Source of the DNA: an uncultured Candidatus Micrarchaeota archaeon | Lineage (GTDB): Archaea > Micrarchaeota > Micrarchaeia > Anstonellales > Bilamarchaeaceae | Length of the DNA: 64,000 bases | Direction: 5' to 3' | Assembly: GCA_963714085.1 (NCBI GenBank) | Contig: OY970229.1 | Coordinates: forward strand, 864,001 to 928,000 | Shown: in pieces, positions 1 through 9,487 of the stretch | Layout: each line of letters opens with the position of its first letter | How positions within the stretch are numbered: the first letter of the stretch is position 1 | Notes under the pieces: model-generated | Seen by the model: the letters and a program-made list of their open reading frames with translations, nothing else | Told to the model about the DNA's origin: nothing | Databases searched by the model: none | Program-made: the position numbers and the translations under genes

Positions 1-94
1 CATGGAGAAGGAGGATATAAAGGAGCTGGACCTGAACCCTGTGGTGTTCGACGAGGACGGCGGCGACATAGTTGACGTGAGGTTCACGAGGTAA
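1..94 (+). CDS. ADP-forming acetyl-CoA synthetase beta subunit (ATP-grasp), C-terminal fragment
   Basis: Own translation from position 2: MEKEDIKELDLNPVVFDEDGGDIVDVRFTR*. Carries the ELDLNP...VD.R motif and lies directly upstream of the alpha subunit. Confidence 0.85.
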   Translation, partial: MEKEDIKELDLNPVVFDEDGGDIVDVRFTR

Positions 95-104
95 GGTGAC
101 TGCG

Positions 105-1499
105 ATGGACGAACGCCTCAGGAAACTGGCATATGTGTTCAGGCCCAGGAGCGTGGCTGTGGTGGGAGGCTCCAGCGTGCCCAACAAGATAGGCACCGTG
201 CTCATGAAGAATCTCATAGAAGGCAGGTTCATGGGCGAGATCTTCGCCGTGAACCCGAAGTACACGGACGTGCTCGGCAAGCCCTGCTACCCCAAGGTGA
301 GCGCCATACCAAAACCCGTGGACTGCGTAATAATCGCGACCCCGGCCGAGACCGTGCCGGACATCGTAGAAGATTGCGGCATGAAGGGTGTGAAGGGAGT
401 CATCGTGCTTAGTGGCGGTTTCGAGGAGGTTTCGAGGAACGATTTGGCGGACAAGGTTATAGCGAGCTCGAAGAAGTACAAGCTCCCTGTGATCGGTCCG
501 AACTGCCTCGGCGTCTTCGATCCGTATACCCGGATCGATAGCATATTCCTCCCAGCGTACAAGCTGGAGCGGCCGGGCCCTGGCAACATCGCGTTCGTGA
601 CCCAGTCCGGGGCTGTCGGCTCCACGGTCTTGGACCTGGCCGCGCACTACGGCATGGGGATATCCAAGTTCATCTCATACGGCAATGGCACGGTGCTCAA
701 CGAATGCGACATGCTCGAGTTCCTGGAGAAGGACAAGGAGACTGAGATGATAATACTGTATCTGGAGGGTGTGAAGGACGGCAGGCGGCTCCTGGAATGG
801 ATGAAGAGGGTGAATCCGAAGAAGCCCATCATCGCGATGAAAGCCGGCAAGTACGGGAAGGCGATGGCCGCAGCGCGCTCGCACACCGGTAACCTGGCCG
901 GCAATTATATGGCTTACAAGGCCGCATTCCGACAGGCCAAGGTGACCGAGGCAGACGACCTGCAGGAGCTTTTCGATTTCGTCAAGATATTCAATCAGCC
1001 CCTGCCCAAAGGGAACCGCGTCGGTGTGATAACCAACGGCGGCGGCATGGGCGTGCTGACCGCGGACGCGATAAACTCGGAAAATATGGAGATCGCGGAT
1101 TTCAGCGACGATTCCAAGGTTGCGCTGAAGAAGATACTGCCGTCCTACGGCAATGTGGGCAACCCACTCGACCTGGTGGCCGACGCGGGGGTCGAGGCCT
1201 ATGACAAGGCCATCGAGGTATTGATGGCGGACCCGAATGTGGATTCTTTAGCTATCGTCCTGCTCACACAGACCCCACCAATAGATGAGCGCATAATAGG
1301 GGTGCTCACCCGCGCATCCGACGACAAGAGGAAGGCTGTGGTTACCATTTCTGTCGGCGGAACTTACACCGAGGCGTACCAGAGGGCGCTCGAGAGCAAA
1401 GGTGTGCCGTCGTACAATTCGCCGGTTTCCGCGGTGAAGGCCCTGCACATGCTCACCAACTACTCGGCATGGAAGGGGAAGACGGCCAAAAAGGCCTGA
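105..1499 (+). CDS. acdA: ADP-forming acetyl-CoA synthetase alpha subunit
   Basis: PRSVAVVG, GPNCLG, TQSGA, SHTG phospho-His, TNGGG and NPLDL motifs. GGTGA at 95-99 precedes ATG 105. Confidence 0.93.
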   Translation: MDERLRKLAYVFRPRSVAVVGGSSVPNKIGTVLMKNLIEGRFMGEIFAVNPKYTDVLGKPCYPKVSAIPKPVDCVIIATPAETVPDIVEDCGMKGVKGVIVLSGGFEEVSRNDLADKVIASSKKYKLPVIGPNCLGVFDPYTRIDSIFLPAYKLERPGPGNIAFVTQSGAVGSTVLDLAAHYGMGISKFISYGNGTVLNECDMLEFLEKDKETEMIILYLEGVKDGRRLLEWMKRVNPKKPIIAMKAGKYGKAMAAARSHTGNLAGNYMAYKAAFRQAKVTEADDLQELFDFVKIFNQPLPKGNRVGVITNGGGMGVLTADAINSENMEIADFSDDSKVALKKILPSYGNVGNPLDLVADAGVEAYDKAIEVLMADPNVDSLAIVLLTQTPPIDERIIGVLTRASDDKRKAVVTISVGGTYTEAYQRALESKGVPSYNSPVSAVKALHMLTNYSAWKGKTAKKA

Positions 1500-1572
1500 T
1501 TTTTAAAAAAAACAGAGGGGGAGGGGACCCTATAGTTCCACTAATAAGTCAACCTATCAAAATAAAAATATT

Positions 1573-1590
1573 TTGTATCTATAGATACAA
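1573..1590. promoter_or_regulatory. Perfect 18-bp palindrome, candidate protein binding site
   Basis: ttgtatctatagatacaa is its own reverse complement and lies in AT-rich intergenic DNA. Confidence 0.45.
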
Positions 1591-1672
1591 TAACTGCGTC
1601 GAACAAAAGTAAAACTCCTATGTTTTAGGGCGGAACGTTTCGGCGCCGTAGAAGGTTTAAGAGCTGAGGAAT

Positions 1673-1903
1673 ATGGCAAAAGAAAACAAAACAGGGAAAG
1701 GACAGTGGATATGGGGAAATGGTATGGACAAATGGCTCTCAACATACACCCAGATCACAATACTCGAGCTCGTTCTGAGCGTGGTCTTTCTTTCGCTCTC
1801 ATATGTTTTCGGGAGCCTCTATTTCCGTGGTGTGGGTGTCGGGCTCGTGATCTCTTGGGTGACTGGGGCGATAGCATATTTCGTCGTCAGGAGGAGGACT
1901 TGA
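1673..1903 (+). CDS. Small membrane protein (2 predicted TM segments)
   Basis: 76 aa with two hydrophobic stretches and a basic C-terminus. GAGGA precedes the ATG. Confidence 0.6.
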   Translation: MAKENKTGKGQWIWGNGMDKWLSTYTQITILELVLSVVFLSLSYVFGSLYFRGVGVGLVISWVTGAIAYFVVRRRT

Positions 1904-2002
1904 ATCGTGGAAAGCAAACACTTGAAAGAGAAAAAGGGATAATCACGGAAGAACAAAGAGTGTCGGTTTCACTCCGACCAAATCAATAAAAAAGGTGATC
2001 TT

Positions 2003-2242
2003 TTGCCGTTCCTCTACATCTACGATGTCCATGCGAAAGACAAGAAGAGATTCAACCGCGTCAAAAGGAGGTTCTACTACAGGCTGAACCAACTATTCCC
2101 TGATCGCAGCGTATGGAAAACCAAATCCGCGATTCTCGTGACTGGAAGGCACACCCGCGTACTGGACGACTTCTTCCGTTCCTTCAAGGGCTCGGTCATC
2201 ACTTACAAGGTCGACCTGAATTCGATCGAGGAGCTTGAATAA
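2003..2242 (+). CDS. Cas2/VapD-like small ferredoxin-fold protein
   Basis: N-terminal hydrophobic strand ending in YDV, then a basic helix (KRFNRVKRRF), then KSAIL resembling the Cas2 QxSVF segment. GGTGA precedes the TTG start. Confidence 0.55.
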   Translation: MPFLYIYDVHAKDKKRFNRVKRRFYYRLNQLFPDRSVWKTKSAILVTGRHTRVLDDFFRSFKGSVITYKVDLNSIEELE

Positions 2243-2292
2243 AAGGATCACAAGAACACAAAGCCCAATAGTGGAAGTATGGGGGGCCCCTC

Positions 2293-3894
2293 CTACTGAG
2301 AGATCAGCGCTTCAGCGTCGAGCTCGCAGGCGTAGACCTCGAACTCCAGCCGTTGCTGCTTCAATATCTCGTCCTTGATCTTGCCGAATACTCCTATCTT
2401 TTTGTTCCCGATGAAAACCGCGCCGGCACGCGCCGGGTCGAAAGCAGGGTGGGTGGTCTTCCCGAGCGAGAGCTCTTTCCCACATTCCCCTATCAGGGAC
2501 TGCAAATGCCCCTTCGCGGCCGAGTACTCCACCTTCCTGTCCATGATGCCGAAAACGAGCCTCTTCTTGGTCTCTTCCGCCTCGTAGACGACCCCGAGCT
2601 CGTAGAGCCTCTGGGGCAGGCCCTTGTTCTTATTGGTCTCGAACACGGCCAGCAGGTCGGCTAGCAAGGTTGGCCGTAAGCAGGTGTACTCCTCCCCAGA
2701 CGGGTTGACTATTTCCTTCACCTCGCCCACATAGCCAATCCGCGCCAGCCTTTCCTTGTTCGTCAGTATGAACGTTGTAATCTCCAGGAACCCCATGCCG
2801 CGCATGGCCGCGTCCACCGCGTTGTATTCCATGTTCCGCCTGCCTGGCGTGAAGAAGTCCGGCAGCTTCGGCACGAACTTGTTGTAGCCGTAGGCTATGG
2901 CGATGTCCTCTATCACGTCCACCTCGTGGATGACGTCCGCGCGGTAGGGCGGGGCCAGCGCGCAGCTGCCTTCCATCACGTAGCCCATCCGGCCGGCCAG
3001 CAGGATGAGGTCCTTGGCAGAGAGCTTCAGGCCGAGCAGCCTGTTCACGTGCTTCAGGTCGACCTTCATCCTCTTCGGCTTCAGGTCCGGCGTCGCTATC
3101 TTCCTGTGCGGGTACCTGACCTCCACGGAATAGACTATTCCCCCCATGTCCGCGAACATCGTGACGAGTATGTTGAGCGCGGCCGTGATGGAATTGCCGT
3201 CTATGCCGCTGACCTCTATGAAGATGTCGTTCGTCCCCAACCCGACCTGCCCGGTCTCCGCCGAGTTGACGACAGGGAGCAGCGCCATCACCTTCCCTTT
3301 CGCGTCCACGAACACGGGCCACCTGGCGAAATCCTTGATTATGTGCCCGTGCTCCAGCCCCTTGGGGTGCTTCTCCAATATCTCCGGTCCGGACGCCTCT
3401 TTCTCCCAGCCCAGCGGCCGGTAAACTATGCTTTCGGGCTTCATGGTGGTGTAACCCACGGGGAACGCGATCTTGTCCAGCGGGTAGATGCCGATGCCGA
3501 ACTTCTTCGCCCGCCTCCCGAGCGTGGCGACGAGCTTCTCCTGGACCTGCACCATGTCGATTATGCGCTCGTCCGTGAACCGCAGGCCCTTCACCACTGC
3601 GCACACGGTGTACGGCCTCACCTTCTCCACGGACGCGTCCACGTCGACGGCGTAGTCGCCCTTCTTCGCCGCGTAATGCGTTATCTCGTTCCTGTAATAC
3701 GATTTCAGCGAGCGCGAGAGGCCCTCCAGCGCGAACCAGTCCGGGCGGTTCGGCGTGAGCTCCACGAGCAGTTTCTTCGTCTCCTTCTCCTCTTCGCAGG
3801 GCGCGCCGATCTCTGTCAGCCCCTCGATTATCCTCTCCTTGGGGAACCCGCAGAGCTTTTCGAAATCCGCTATCGAGAACTCAACGACCGCCAT
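2293..3894 (-). CDS. pheT: Phenylalanyl-tRNA synthetase beta subunit (archaeal type)
   Basis: TPNRPD, PPYRADVIHEVDVIEDIAIAYGY and LRPTLL motifs. Confidence 0.95.
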   Translation of the reverse strand: MAVVEFSIADFEKLCGFPKERIIEGLTEIGAPCEEEKETKKLLVELTPNRPDWFALEGLSRSLKSYYRNEITHYAAKKGDYAVDVDASVEKVRPYTVCAVVKGLRFTDERIIDMVQVQEKLVATLGRRAKKFGIGIYPLDKIAFPVGYTTMKPESIVYRPLGWEKEASGPEILEKHPKGLEHGHIIKDFARWPVFVDAKGKVMALLPVVNSAETGQVGLGTNDIFIEVSGIDGNSITAALNILVTMFADMGGIVYSVEVRYPHRKIATPDLKPKRMKVDLKHVNRLLGLKLSAKDLILLAGRMGYVMEGSCALAPPYRADVIHEVDVIEDIAIAYGYNKFVPKLPDFFTPGRRNMEYNAVDAAMRGMGFLEITTFILTNKERLARIGYVGEVKEIVNPSGEEYTCLRPTLLADLLAVFETNKNKGLPQRLYELGVVYEAEETKKRLVFGIMDRKVEYSAAKGHLQSLIGECGKELSLGKTTHPAFDPARAGAVFIGNKKIGVFGKIKDEILKQQRLEFEVYACELDAEALISQ

Positions 3895-4704
3895 CTAAAC
3901 ACCCGTGCAGGCCGCGTCGGTGAAATAGTCATCGTACACGCTGCAGACGTATGCCTGTTGCTGCGGACTGTTTTTATAGTCTTTCGAAAGGTCCAGGAAG
4001 CAGGTCCGCGCCGCATCGATGCTCGCCGCGTTCGTGCAACCGAGGATCTTCGCGTTGAGCTGGTCCGAAAGGTAGTAAGCCCCGAACCCGATGGCGACCA
4101 CCAGGGACAGCGCTATCGGTATCGCCAGCGCCTTCCAGAACTCCATCTGAGGCTTCGGCGGCCAGCTCGCCTTTCCCTCCATGGCTGCTATCGCGAGCCC
4201 TCCGAAGAACCCGACGATGTGCGCGGAATGCGCTATGGAATCCGCGCTGCCAAGGTAGAAGAGCTCTATGAGCACGTATATCACCCCGACCACGTACATG
4301 GGCATGGGTATGAAGTAGAAATACACCGTGACGTTCGGCTCCAGGAGCACCAGCGCGCCTATCACGCCGTATATCGCCCCGGATGCGCCGAGCGCTCCGC
4401 TGAAAGGCGAGCTGAAGAGCATGAAACCAACGGAGCCGAGCACCCCGGACACGAAATAGATGAACAGGAACTTGGTCGTGCCCACCCGGTTCTCGAGCAT
4501 GGTCCCGAAAAAGAACAGCGCGATCATGTTGAACAGTATGTGCAGGAAATCCTCATGGCCGAACATCGAGGTGATCACGGTCCATGGGGCGTAGAGCAGG
4601 TTTATCGGGCTGAGCGTCACCAGAGGGTACACGGTGTCGGGCGCCGCCTGCTGCAGGATGAAGACAAGGACGCAGAGTATGATGAGGACGTAAGTCGCTT
4701 TCAT
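3895..4704 (-). CDS. Rhomboid intramembrane serine protease with a C-terminal TM plus Cys-rich extension
   Basis: HILFNM, GASGA (catalytic Ser) and AHSAHIVG (catalytic His). Confidence 0.93.
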   Translation of the reverse strand: MKATYVLIILCVLVFILQQAAPDTVYPLVTLSPINLLYAPWTVITSMFGHEDFLHILFNMIALFFFGTMLENRVGTTKFLFIYFVSGVLGSVGFMLFSSPFSGALGASGAIYGVIGALVLLEPNVTVYFYFIPMPMYVVGVIYVLIELFYLGSADSIAHSAHIVGFFGGLAIAAMEGKASWPPKPQMEFWKALAIPIALSLVVAIGFGAYYLSDQLNAKILGCTNAASIDAARTCFLDLSKDYKNSPQQQAYVCSVYDDYFTDAACTGV

Positions 4705-4717
4705 CGATCCGCACCGC

Positions 4718-6100
4718 TCATCCGCACTGGCTCGGCCATTTCCTCTCCTTGGCCAGCTGCTTGGCCATTTCGGTCGGGTAGTCCTCGTTCAGGCAGCCGG
4801 TGCACAGCGGGATCCCGAGCGTCTTCTTCAGCCCCTCGATGGAGAGGTAGCCGAGGCTGTTGGCGCCGAGATAGGTCTTTATCTCGCTTACGCTCTTCTC
4901 GTTGGCTATGAGCTCCGAGTACGTGGACATGTCCACGCCGTAGAAGCAGGGCGCCTTTATGGGCGGGCAGGTTATCCGCAGATGGACCTCCTTCGCGCCT
5001 GCGGCCCGCACCAGGCTCACTATGCCGCGCAGCGTGGTGCCCCTCACTATGCTGTCGTCGATAAGCACGACTCTTTTTCCTTCCAGCACCTCCCTGACCG
5101 GGTTGAGCTTCAGCCTGACCGCCGCGCTCCTGGCCTGCTGGTTGGGCATTATGAACGTCCTTCCGATGTACCGGTTCTTTATGAGCCCCTCCTCCACCGG
5201 AAGCCCGAACGCCTCCGCGAACGACGCGGCCGCCTGACGCGACGTGTCCGGCACCGGGACCACCACGTCCGCCTTCACCGGGTGCTCCTTCGCGAGCTCG
5301 GCGCCGAGCCTCTTGCGCGCGTCGTACACCGAGAGGCCGTTTATGATGGAATCCGGCCTGGAGAAATAGACGTACTCGAACATGCAGTGGTGCGGCTCCT
5401 TCGGCATGATCTTCTTCCTGATGAATCTCTCGCCGTCGAGCAGCGCCATCTCGCCGCCGTCGAGCACGCCCTTGTACGGGATGTCGTTTATGTCCAGGGC
5501 CACGGTCTCGGACGCGAACATGACGAAATCCTCGCTTTCGCCCCACACCAGCGGCCTGATGGCGTGCGGGTCCCTGAAGACCAGCAGCTTGGACTCGAAT
5601 ATCGCGGTGTTGGAATAAGCGCCATCCAACATCTTCATAACATGGCGCACCGCGCTCTCCGCGCCTTCGTTCCTCTTCTCGTCGAGTAGCATGGCAATGG
5701 GCTCGGTGTCCACGGTGCTCATGTAGTTCCTGCCCATCTTGGCGAACCTCTTCTTGAGCGCCACGTAATTGGCGAGGTGGCCGTTGTGCGCCACCGCGAT
5801 GCCCGCATAGAGCGTGGGCTGGACGTCGCACAGCTCGCACTTCCCGCTGGTCGGATACCGCGTGTGCCCGATGCCGACCCTGCCCTCTATCTCGAGGTCC
5901 TCCTCCTTGAACACCTCGCGCACCAATCCCAGGCCCTTGCGCACCTCTATCTTCCCGTCCGGGGCGACCACCGCGAAGCCTGCCGCGTCCTGGCCCCTGT
6001 GCTGGAGCGCCATCAGCGCGTTGTAGAGCAGAGGGGCGACGCTCAGCCCTTTTTTGGATACTACGCCTACCATCCCGCATTCTTCCTTGGTATCTTCCAC
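4718..6100 (-). CDS. purF: Amidophosphoribosyltransferase
   Basis: EECGMVG propeptide and Cys, LQHRGQD, GHTRY, HNG, VLIDDSIVRGTT, CFYGVD. Start placed at GTG 6100. Confidence 0.96.
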   Translation of the reverse strand: MEDTKEECGMVGVVSKKGLSVAPLLYNALMALQHRGQDAAGFAVVAPDGKIEVRKGLGLVREVFKEEDLEIEGRVGIGHTRYPTSGKCELCDVQPTLYAGIAVAHNGHLANYVALKKRFAKMGRNYMSTVDTEPIAMLLDEKRNEGAESAVRHVMKMLDGAYSNTAIFESKLLVFRDPHAIRPLVWGESEDFVMFASETVALDINDIPYKGVLDGGEMALLDGERFIRKKIMPKEPHHCMFEYVYFSRPDSIINGLSVYDARKRLGAELAKEHPVKADVVVPVPDTSRQAAASFAEAFGLPVEEGLIKNRYIGRTFIMPNQQARSAAVRLKLNPVREVLEGKRVVLIDDSIVRGTTLRGIVSLVRAAGAKEVHLRITCPPIKAPCFYGVDMSTYSELIANEKSVSEIKTYLGANSLGYLSIEGLKKTLGIPLCTGCLNEDYPTEMAKQLAKERKWPSQCG

Positions 6101-6258
6101 AGATTCACCGCCGATAAGGCTAATTAGCCGCAACCCTTTTTTAAAATGCCACGGGAACCGGAAAACGCGAAGCAGCGCGATAAGCCGCAGCGTCGTTGGA
6201 ATCCCCTCCAATGCCAGCTTATTTAAACATTCGTTACCATAGTATATATGGTGAAAAG

Positions 6259-6924
6259 ATGATTGGTGTGTTTAAAGAGATGTCGCCCCAGGAATCCGCG
6301 CTTGGATTCTATTCCAAGATGTCTACGGAACAGATAAACCAGATCCAAGCCAAGGTGACCCAGGTCTTGAACACGTACGGCTTCAATATGACGATGCCGA
6401 TGAAGCCCGGCGTGGCGGACCCGAACATGGTCGCGAACGTGCAGTCGGCCCAGGTCGCCCTCGGCGTGCAGAAGCTGGACGGCAAATGGGGTAAAAGCAC
6501 CGATGCCCGGAACGACAAGTTCGTCCAGGGGCAGACGATTGCGCAGAAAAGCCTCGAAAGCGTGAAAGCCATCGGCGTTGGCAGCCGCGAGTACGCGACT
6601 GGGCGCATCGCCGGCGTGGTGCCTGAACCTACGGCCATAGCGGCCCGCGAAGCCAGCCAAAAGCCGAAAACCACGGAGCAGGTGGCGTACAAGATCACCC
6701 TGAGCGTGAGCGAGACTGGCATGAGCCCGACAGAGATTACCCTTAGGAGCGCCAAGCCATACGACGCCCTGAAACCTGCGGAACAGCGGGAACTCGCTAC
6801 CCGTGCCTTGAAAATGGCGCACGAGAAGCAATTCGGTGTCGCGGCGGCAGCCCACGATTTCATGAACCCCGACGCAACAGCCGCCGAGATACGCCACATC
6901 AAGACCGAAAAAATAAGCGGTTGA
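6259..6924 (+). CDS. Hypothetical protein with a peptidoglycan-binding (PG_binding_1)-like segment
   Basis: GGTGA precedes ATG 6259. Segment QVLNTYG...VQSAQVALGVQKLDGKWGKST. Confidence 0.55.
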   Translation: MIGVFKEMSPQESALGFYSKMSTEQINQIQAKVTQVLNTYGFNMTMPMKPGVADPNMVANVQSAQVALGVQKLDGKWGKSTDARNDKFVQGQTIAQKSLESVKAIGVGSREYATGRIAGVVPEPTAIAAREASQKPKTTEQVAYKITLSVSETGMSPTEITLRSAKPYDALKPAEQRELATRALKMAHEKQFGVAAAAHDFMNPDATAAEIRHIKTEKISG

Positions 6925-6971
6925 GCGTGCTTGTTTCCTGGACTGTCTTTTTCCTTTCTTCCTGAACAAAC

Positions 6972-7799
6972 CTATCTGATTTTTTTCGTCACCGGAGTCT
7001 CCTGCTCCGGCAGGCAGCGGATTAGCAGCGCATCGACGGATTCCCCGTCCTTGTCGAGTCCCGCGCATACGTCTTCCTGCCTCTTCGTGTTTTTAGTCCG
7101 CCCGCATTCGATCGAGACGGCGCCGCCGTTCAGCTTATCCTCCATCACAGTGGGCTTACCGCGGCAGTCGTTGAATGAAAGCGTAACGCGGCCGGTCTGG
7201 GGGAAAAGCACGTACGTATACGGTCCGCTCCTTCCGATGGCGGCCTGGGTCATGGGGGTTGCTTCCGGAGGCCTTTGAGAGGTCCATTTCCTCACGGTGC
7301 CGTCGTCATCGAAATCAAAGGACGCCGTGCGCCCGTCCGTGAAAGCCGCTTCCGCTTCCCTGCCTCCATCGAAAAACGCGACCCCTATCGCCAGCCTGTC
7401 AAAATCCACGGTGCTCGGGATGGCACCGTCCTTGAACGAGGCCGGAGGGCCATAAACATCTATGCCGCCCGGGTAGGCGATCCGCACCCAGCCCTGGGAA
7501 CAGGACAACTCTATCGGGGCAACCCCCGAAGCCCCGGCCCCTGTTTTCGGCAGCTGGCTTGCCCTGGCCTCCGCGTTTGTTTTTACGACCAGCTTGCCTT
7601 TATCGATCTCGCACGTGCCGCCCTCCCATTTGGAAGATAGCTTGCGGCCGCCCGTTTTTCCGATCTTGCCATCCACCATCGGGGTTCCGGATATCGCCGC
7701 GCTCGCTGAAATCTTCATCCCGCCGGACGGCACGGCCGCTGAGGGCTTTGAGGATAAGAGAAGCAATCCTAATGTAGCAATAGCCAGTTTCCTCTGCAT
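6972..7799 (-). CDS. Hypothetical secreted protein
   Basis: Signal peptide MQRKLAIATLGLLLLSSKPSAA followed by a beta-rich, Cys-containing body. Confidence 0.6.
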   Translation of the reverse strand: MQRKLAIATLGLLLLSSKPSAAVPSGGMKISASAAISGTPMVDGKIGKTGGRKLSSKWEGGTCEIDKGKLVVKTNAEARASQLPKTGAGASGVAPIELSCSQGWVRIAYPGGIDVYGPPASFKDGAIPSTVDFDRLAIGVAFFDGGREAEAAFTDGRTASFDFDDDGTVRKWTSQRPPEATPMTQAAIGRSGPYTYVLFPQTGRVTLSFNDCRGKPTVMEDKLNGGAVSIECGRTKNTKRQEDVCAGLDKDGESVDALLIRCLPEQETPVTKKIR

Positions 7800-7903
7800 C
7801 GAACCATCCGAACCCTGCGATTAGTATACTTAGTGTGGTTATATTTAAAAAGATATGTTCCAACGACCGCGCATTCCGCCGTCCGTCCAAAATCCGCGCC
7901 TTG

Positions 7904-8209
7904 TCAGCCAGTCTCCGGCTCCTTTTTCGGAACCGTGTTCGTGAGCAGGTATATGACGACTGCAACCAGGACCGTTATCACGAGCGCAACCACGATCTCG
8001 TAGCTCCAGGCGCCGCTGATCGGTATGAGCGTCTTTATCGTGTCTGTTATCGCCGTCTGCCAGAAAAGCGCCGCCACCAGCGCCAGCGCGGTCGTTATCA
8101 CGGTTATCATCCGGGTCTTCACCTCGTCCCGGACTTCGCGTGCCATCTCATGCCTCTCGACTTTCTTCTCTATCTTCTCTTCCGGTTCCTTTGTTGTCTT
8201 GCCTGCCAT
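7904..8209 (-). CDS. Small membrane protein (DUF5654-like)
   Basis: ITTALALVAALFWQTAI motif and two TM segments. Confidence 0.7.
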   Translation of the reverse strand: MAGKTTKEPEEKIEKKVERHEMAREVRDEVKTRMITVITTALALVAALFWQTAITDTIKTLIPISGAWSYEIVVALVITVLVAVVIYLLTNTVPKKEPETG

Positions 8210-8293
8210 GCAAACGATTGCCTAGCCATGGTTTTAAATTACATCGGACGATAATCTTCCACATAGACGAATCTACCACTCAAAGGTATCCAC

Positions 8294-9457
8294 ATGAGAA
8301 AAGTCGCGATAATAGGCTGCGGGATGACGAAGTTCGGGGAGCACTGGGACGTCGGCCTGAGGGACATGGTCGTCGAGGCCGGCCTCAGGGCGCTTCAGGA
8401 CGCAAGCCTCCCGGGCGAGAAGATAGACGCCGGCTACATCGGCACAATGGCATCAGGCTCGTTCATAGGCCAGGAGCATATAGGCGCGCTAATCGCGGAC
8501 TACATGGGGCTCAACCCCATCCCGATCACCCGCGTGGAGGGCGCCTGCGCTTCCGGCTCCCTCGCCCTGCGCCAGGGCTTCATGGCAGTGGCCTCCGGGC
8601 TCCATGACATCGTGGTCGTGGGCGGCGTCGAGAAGATGACCGACCTGGACGCAAGCATGGTCACCGACGTGCTCGGCGGCGCCGGGGACCAGGAGTGGGA
8701 GCTTTTCATGGGCGCCACCTTCCCGGGCATATACGCGCTCATGGCCAGGAGGCACATGTACGAGTTCGGCACCACCGAGGAGATGATGGCCTCAGTCGCG
8801 GTGAAGAACCACAAAAATGGCTCGAAGAACAAATACGCCCAGTACCAGAACGAGATCACGATGGAGACAGTGCTGAAATCCAAGACCGTCGCCTCGCCTC
8901 TCAAGGTTTTCGACTGCTCCCCTGTGACCGACGGCGCCGCGGCGCTCGTGCTCGCACCGCTGGAGATTGCCTCGAGCTTCACGAAGAAGCCGGTGGAGAT
9001 CCTCGCATCCGCCCAGGCTTCGGACACCATCGCGCTGCATTCCCGCCAGACCCTGACCGGCATAAACGCCACGAAAATCGCGGCGGACAAGGCGTACAAG
9101 ATGGCGAACGTTTCCACGAAGGACATAGACGTGGTCGAGGTCCACGACTGCTTCACCATCGCTGAGATAATGGCCATAGAGGACCTTGGGTTCTTCAAGA
9201 AGGGCGAGGGCGGCAGGGCGTCGCTCGAAGGCAGGACCGCGATCGGCGCCGAGATCCCTGTAAACACCTCCGGCGGCCTCAAGGCGTGCGGCCATCCGGT
9301 CGGAGCGACCGGAGTGAAGCAGGCGATAGAAGTGACCTGGCAGCTGCGCAACGAGGCCGAGGGAAGGCAGGTCAAGGACGCGGAGATCGGCATGACGCAC
9401 AACGTCGGCGGCTCGGGTGCCACGGCGGTCGTGCACATATTCGGGAAGGGGAACTGA
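8294..9457 (+). CDS. Archaeal thiolase (acetyl-CoA C-acetyltransferase)
   Basis: [45 protein letters not shown]. Confidence 0.94.
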   Translation: MRKVAIIGCGMTKFGEHWDVGLRDMVVEAGLRALQDASLPGEKIDAGYIGTMASGSFIGQEHIGALIADYMGLNPIPITRVEGACASGSLALRQGFMAVASGLHDIVVVGGVEKMTDLDASMVTDVLGGAGDQEWELFMGATFPGIYALMARRHMYEFGTTEEMMASVAVKNHKNGSKNKYAQYQNEITMETVLKSKTVASPLKVFDCSPVTDGAAALVLAPLEIASSFTKKPVEILASAQASDTIALHSRQTLTGINATKIAADKAYKMANVSTKDIDVVEVHDCFTIAEIMAIEDLGFFKKGEGGRASLEGRTAIGAEIPVNTSGGLKACGHPVGATGVKQAIEVTWQLRNEAEGRQVKDAEIGMTHNVGGSGATAVVHIFGKGN

Positions 9458-9487
9458 TCCGGTCAAATCGAATATCCTGGTGATTCC

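Larger units (their letters stand above)
1521..2292. repeat. Imperfect inverted repeat pair (1521-1545 / 2267-2292) with ORB-like AGTGGAA plus G-string
   Basis: gaggggaccctatagttccactaat matches the reverse complement of aatagtggaagtatggggggcccctc at 21 of 26 positions with one gap. The enclosed DNA is visibly AT-rich. Confidence 0.5.

Noticed and set aside
1537..1565. Xer/dif site
   Set aside because: The arms around the putative 6-bp spacer are not convincingly palindromic.
1500..2292. CRISPR-Cas locus or IS element around the Cas2-like gene
   Set aside because: No repeat-spacer array, cas1 or transposase, and no clear target-site duplication.
2926..4911. Long antisense or alternate-frame ORFs (e.g. 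2926-4911, 4701-6080, 50111-51424, 59493-60911)
   Set aside because: Shadow ORFs of GC-rich genes; they overlap well-supported genes and carry no motifs.
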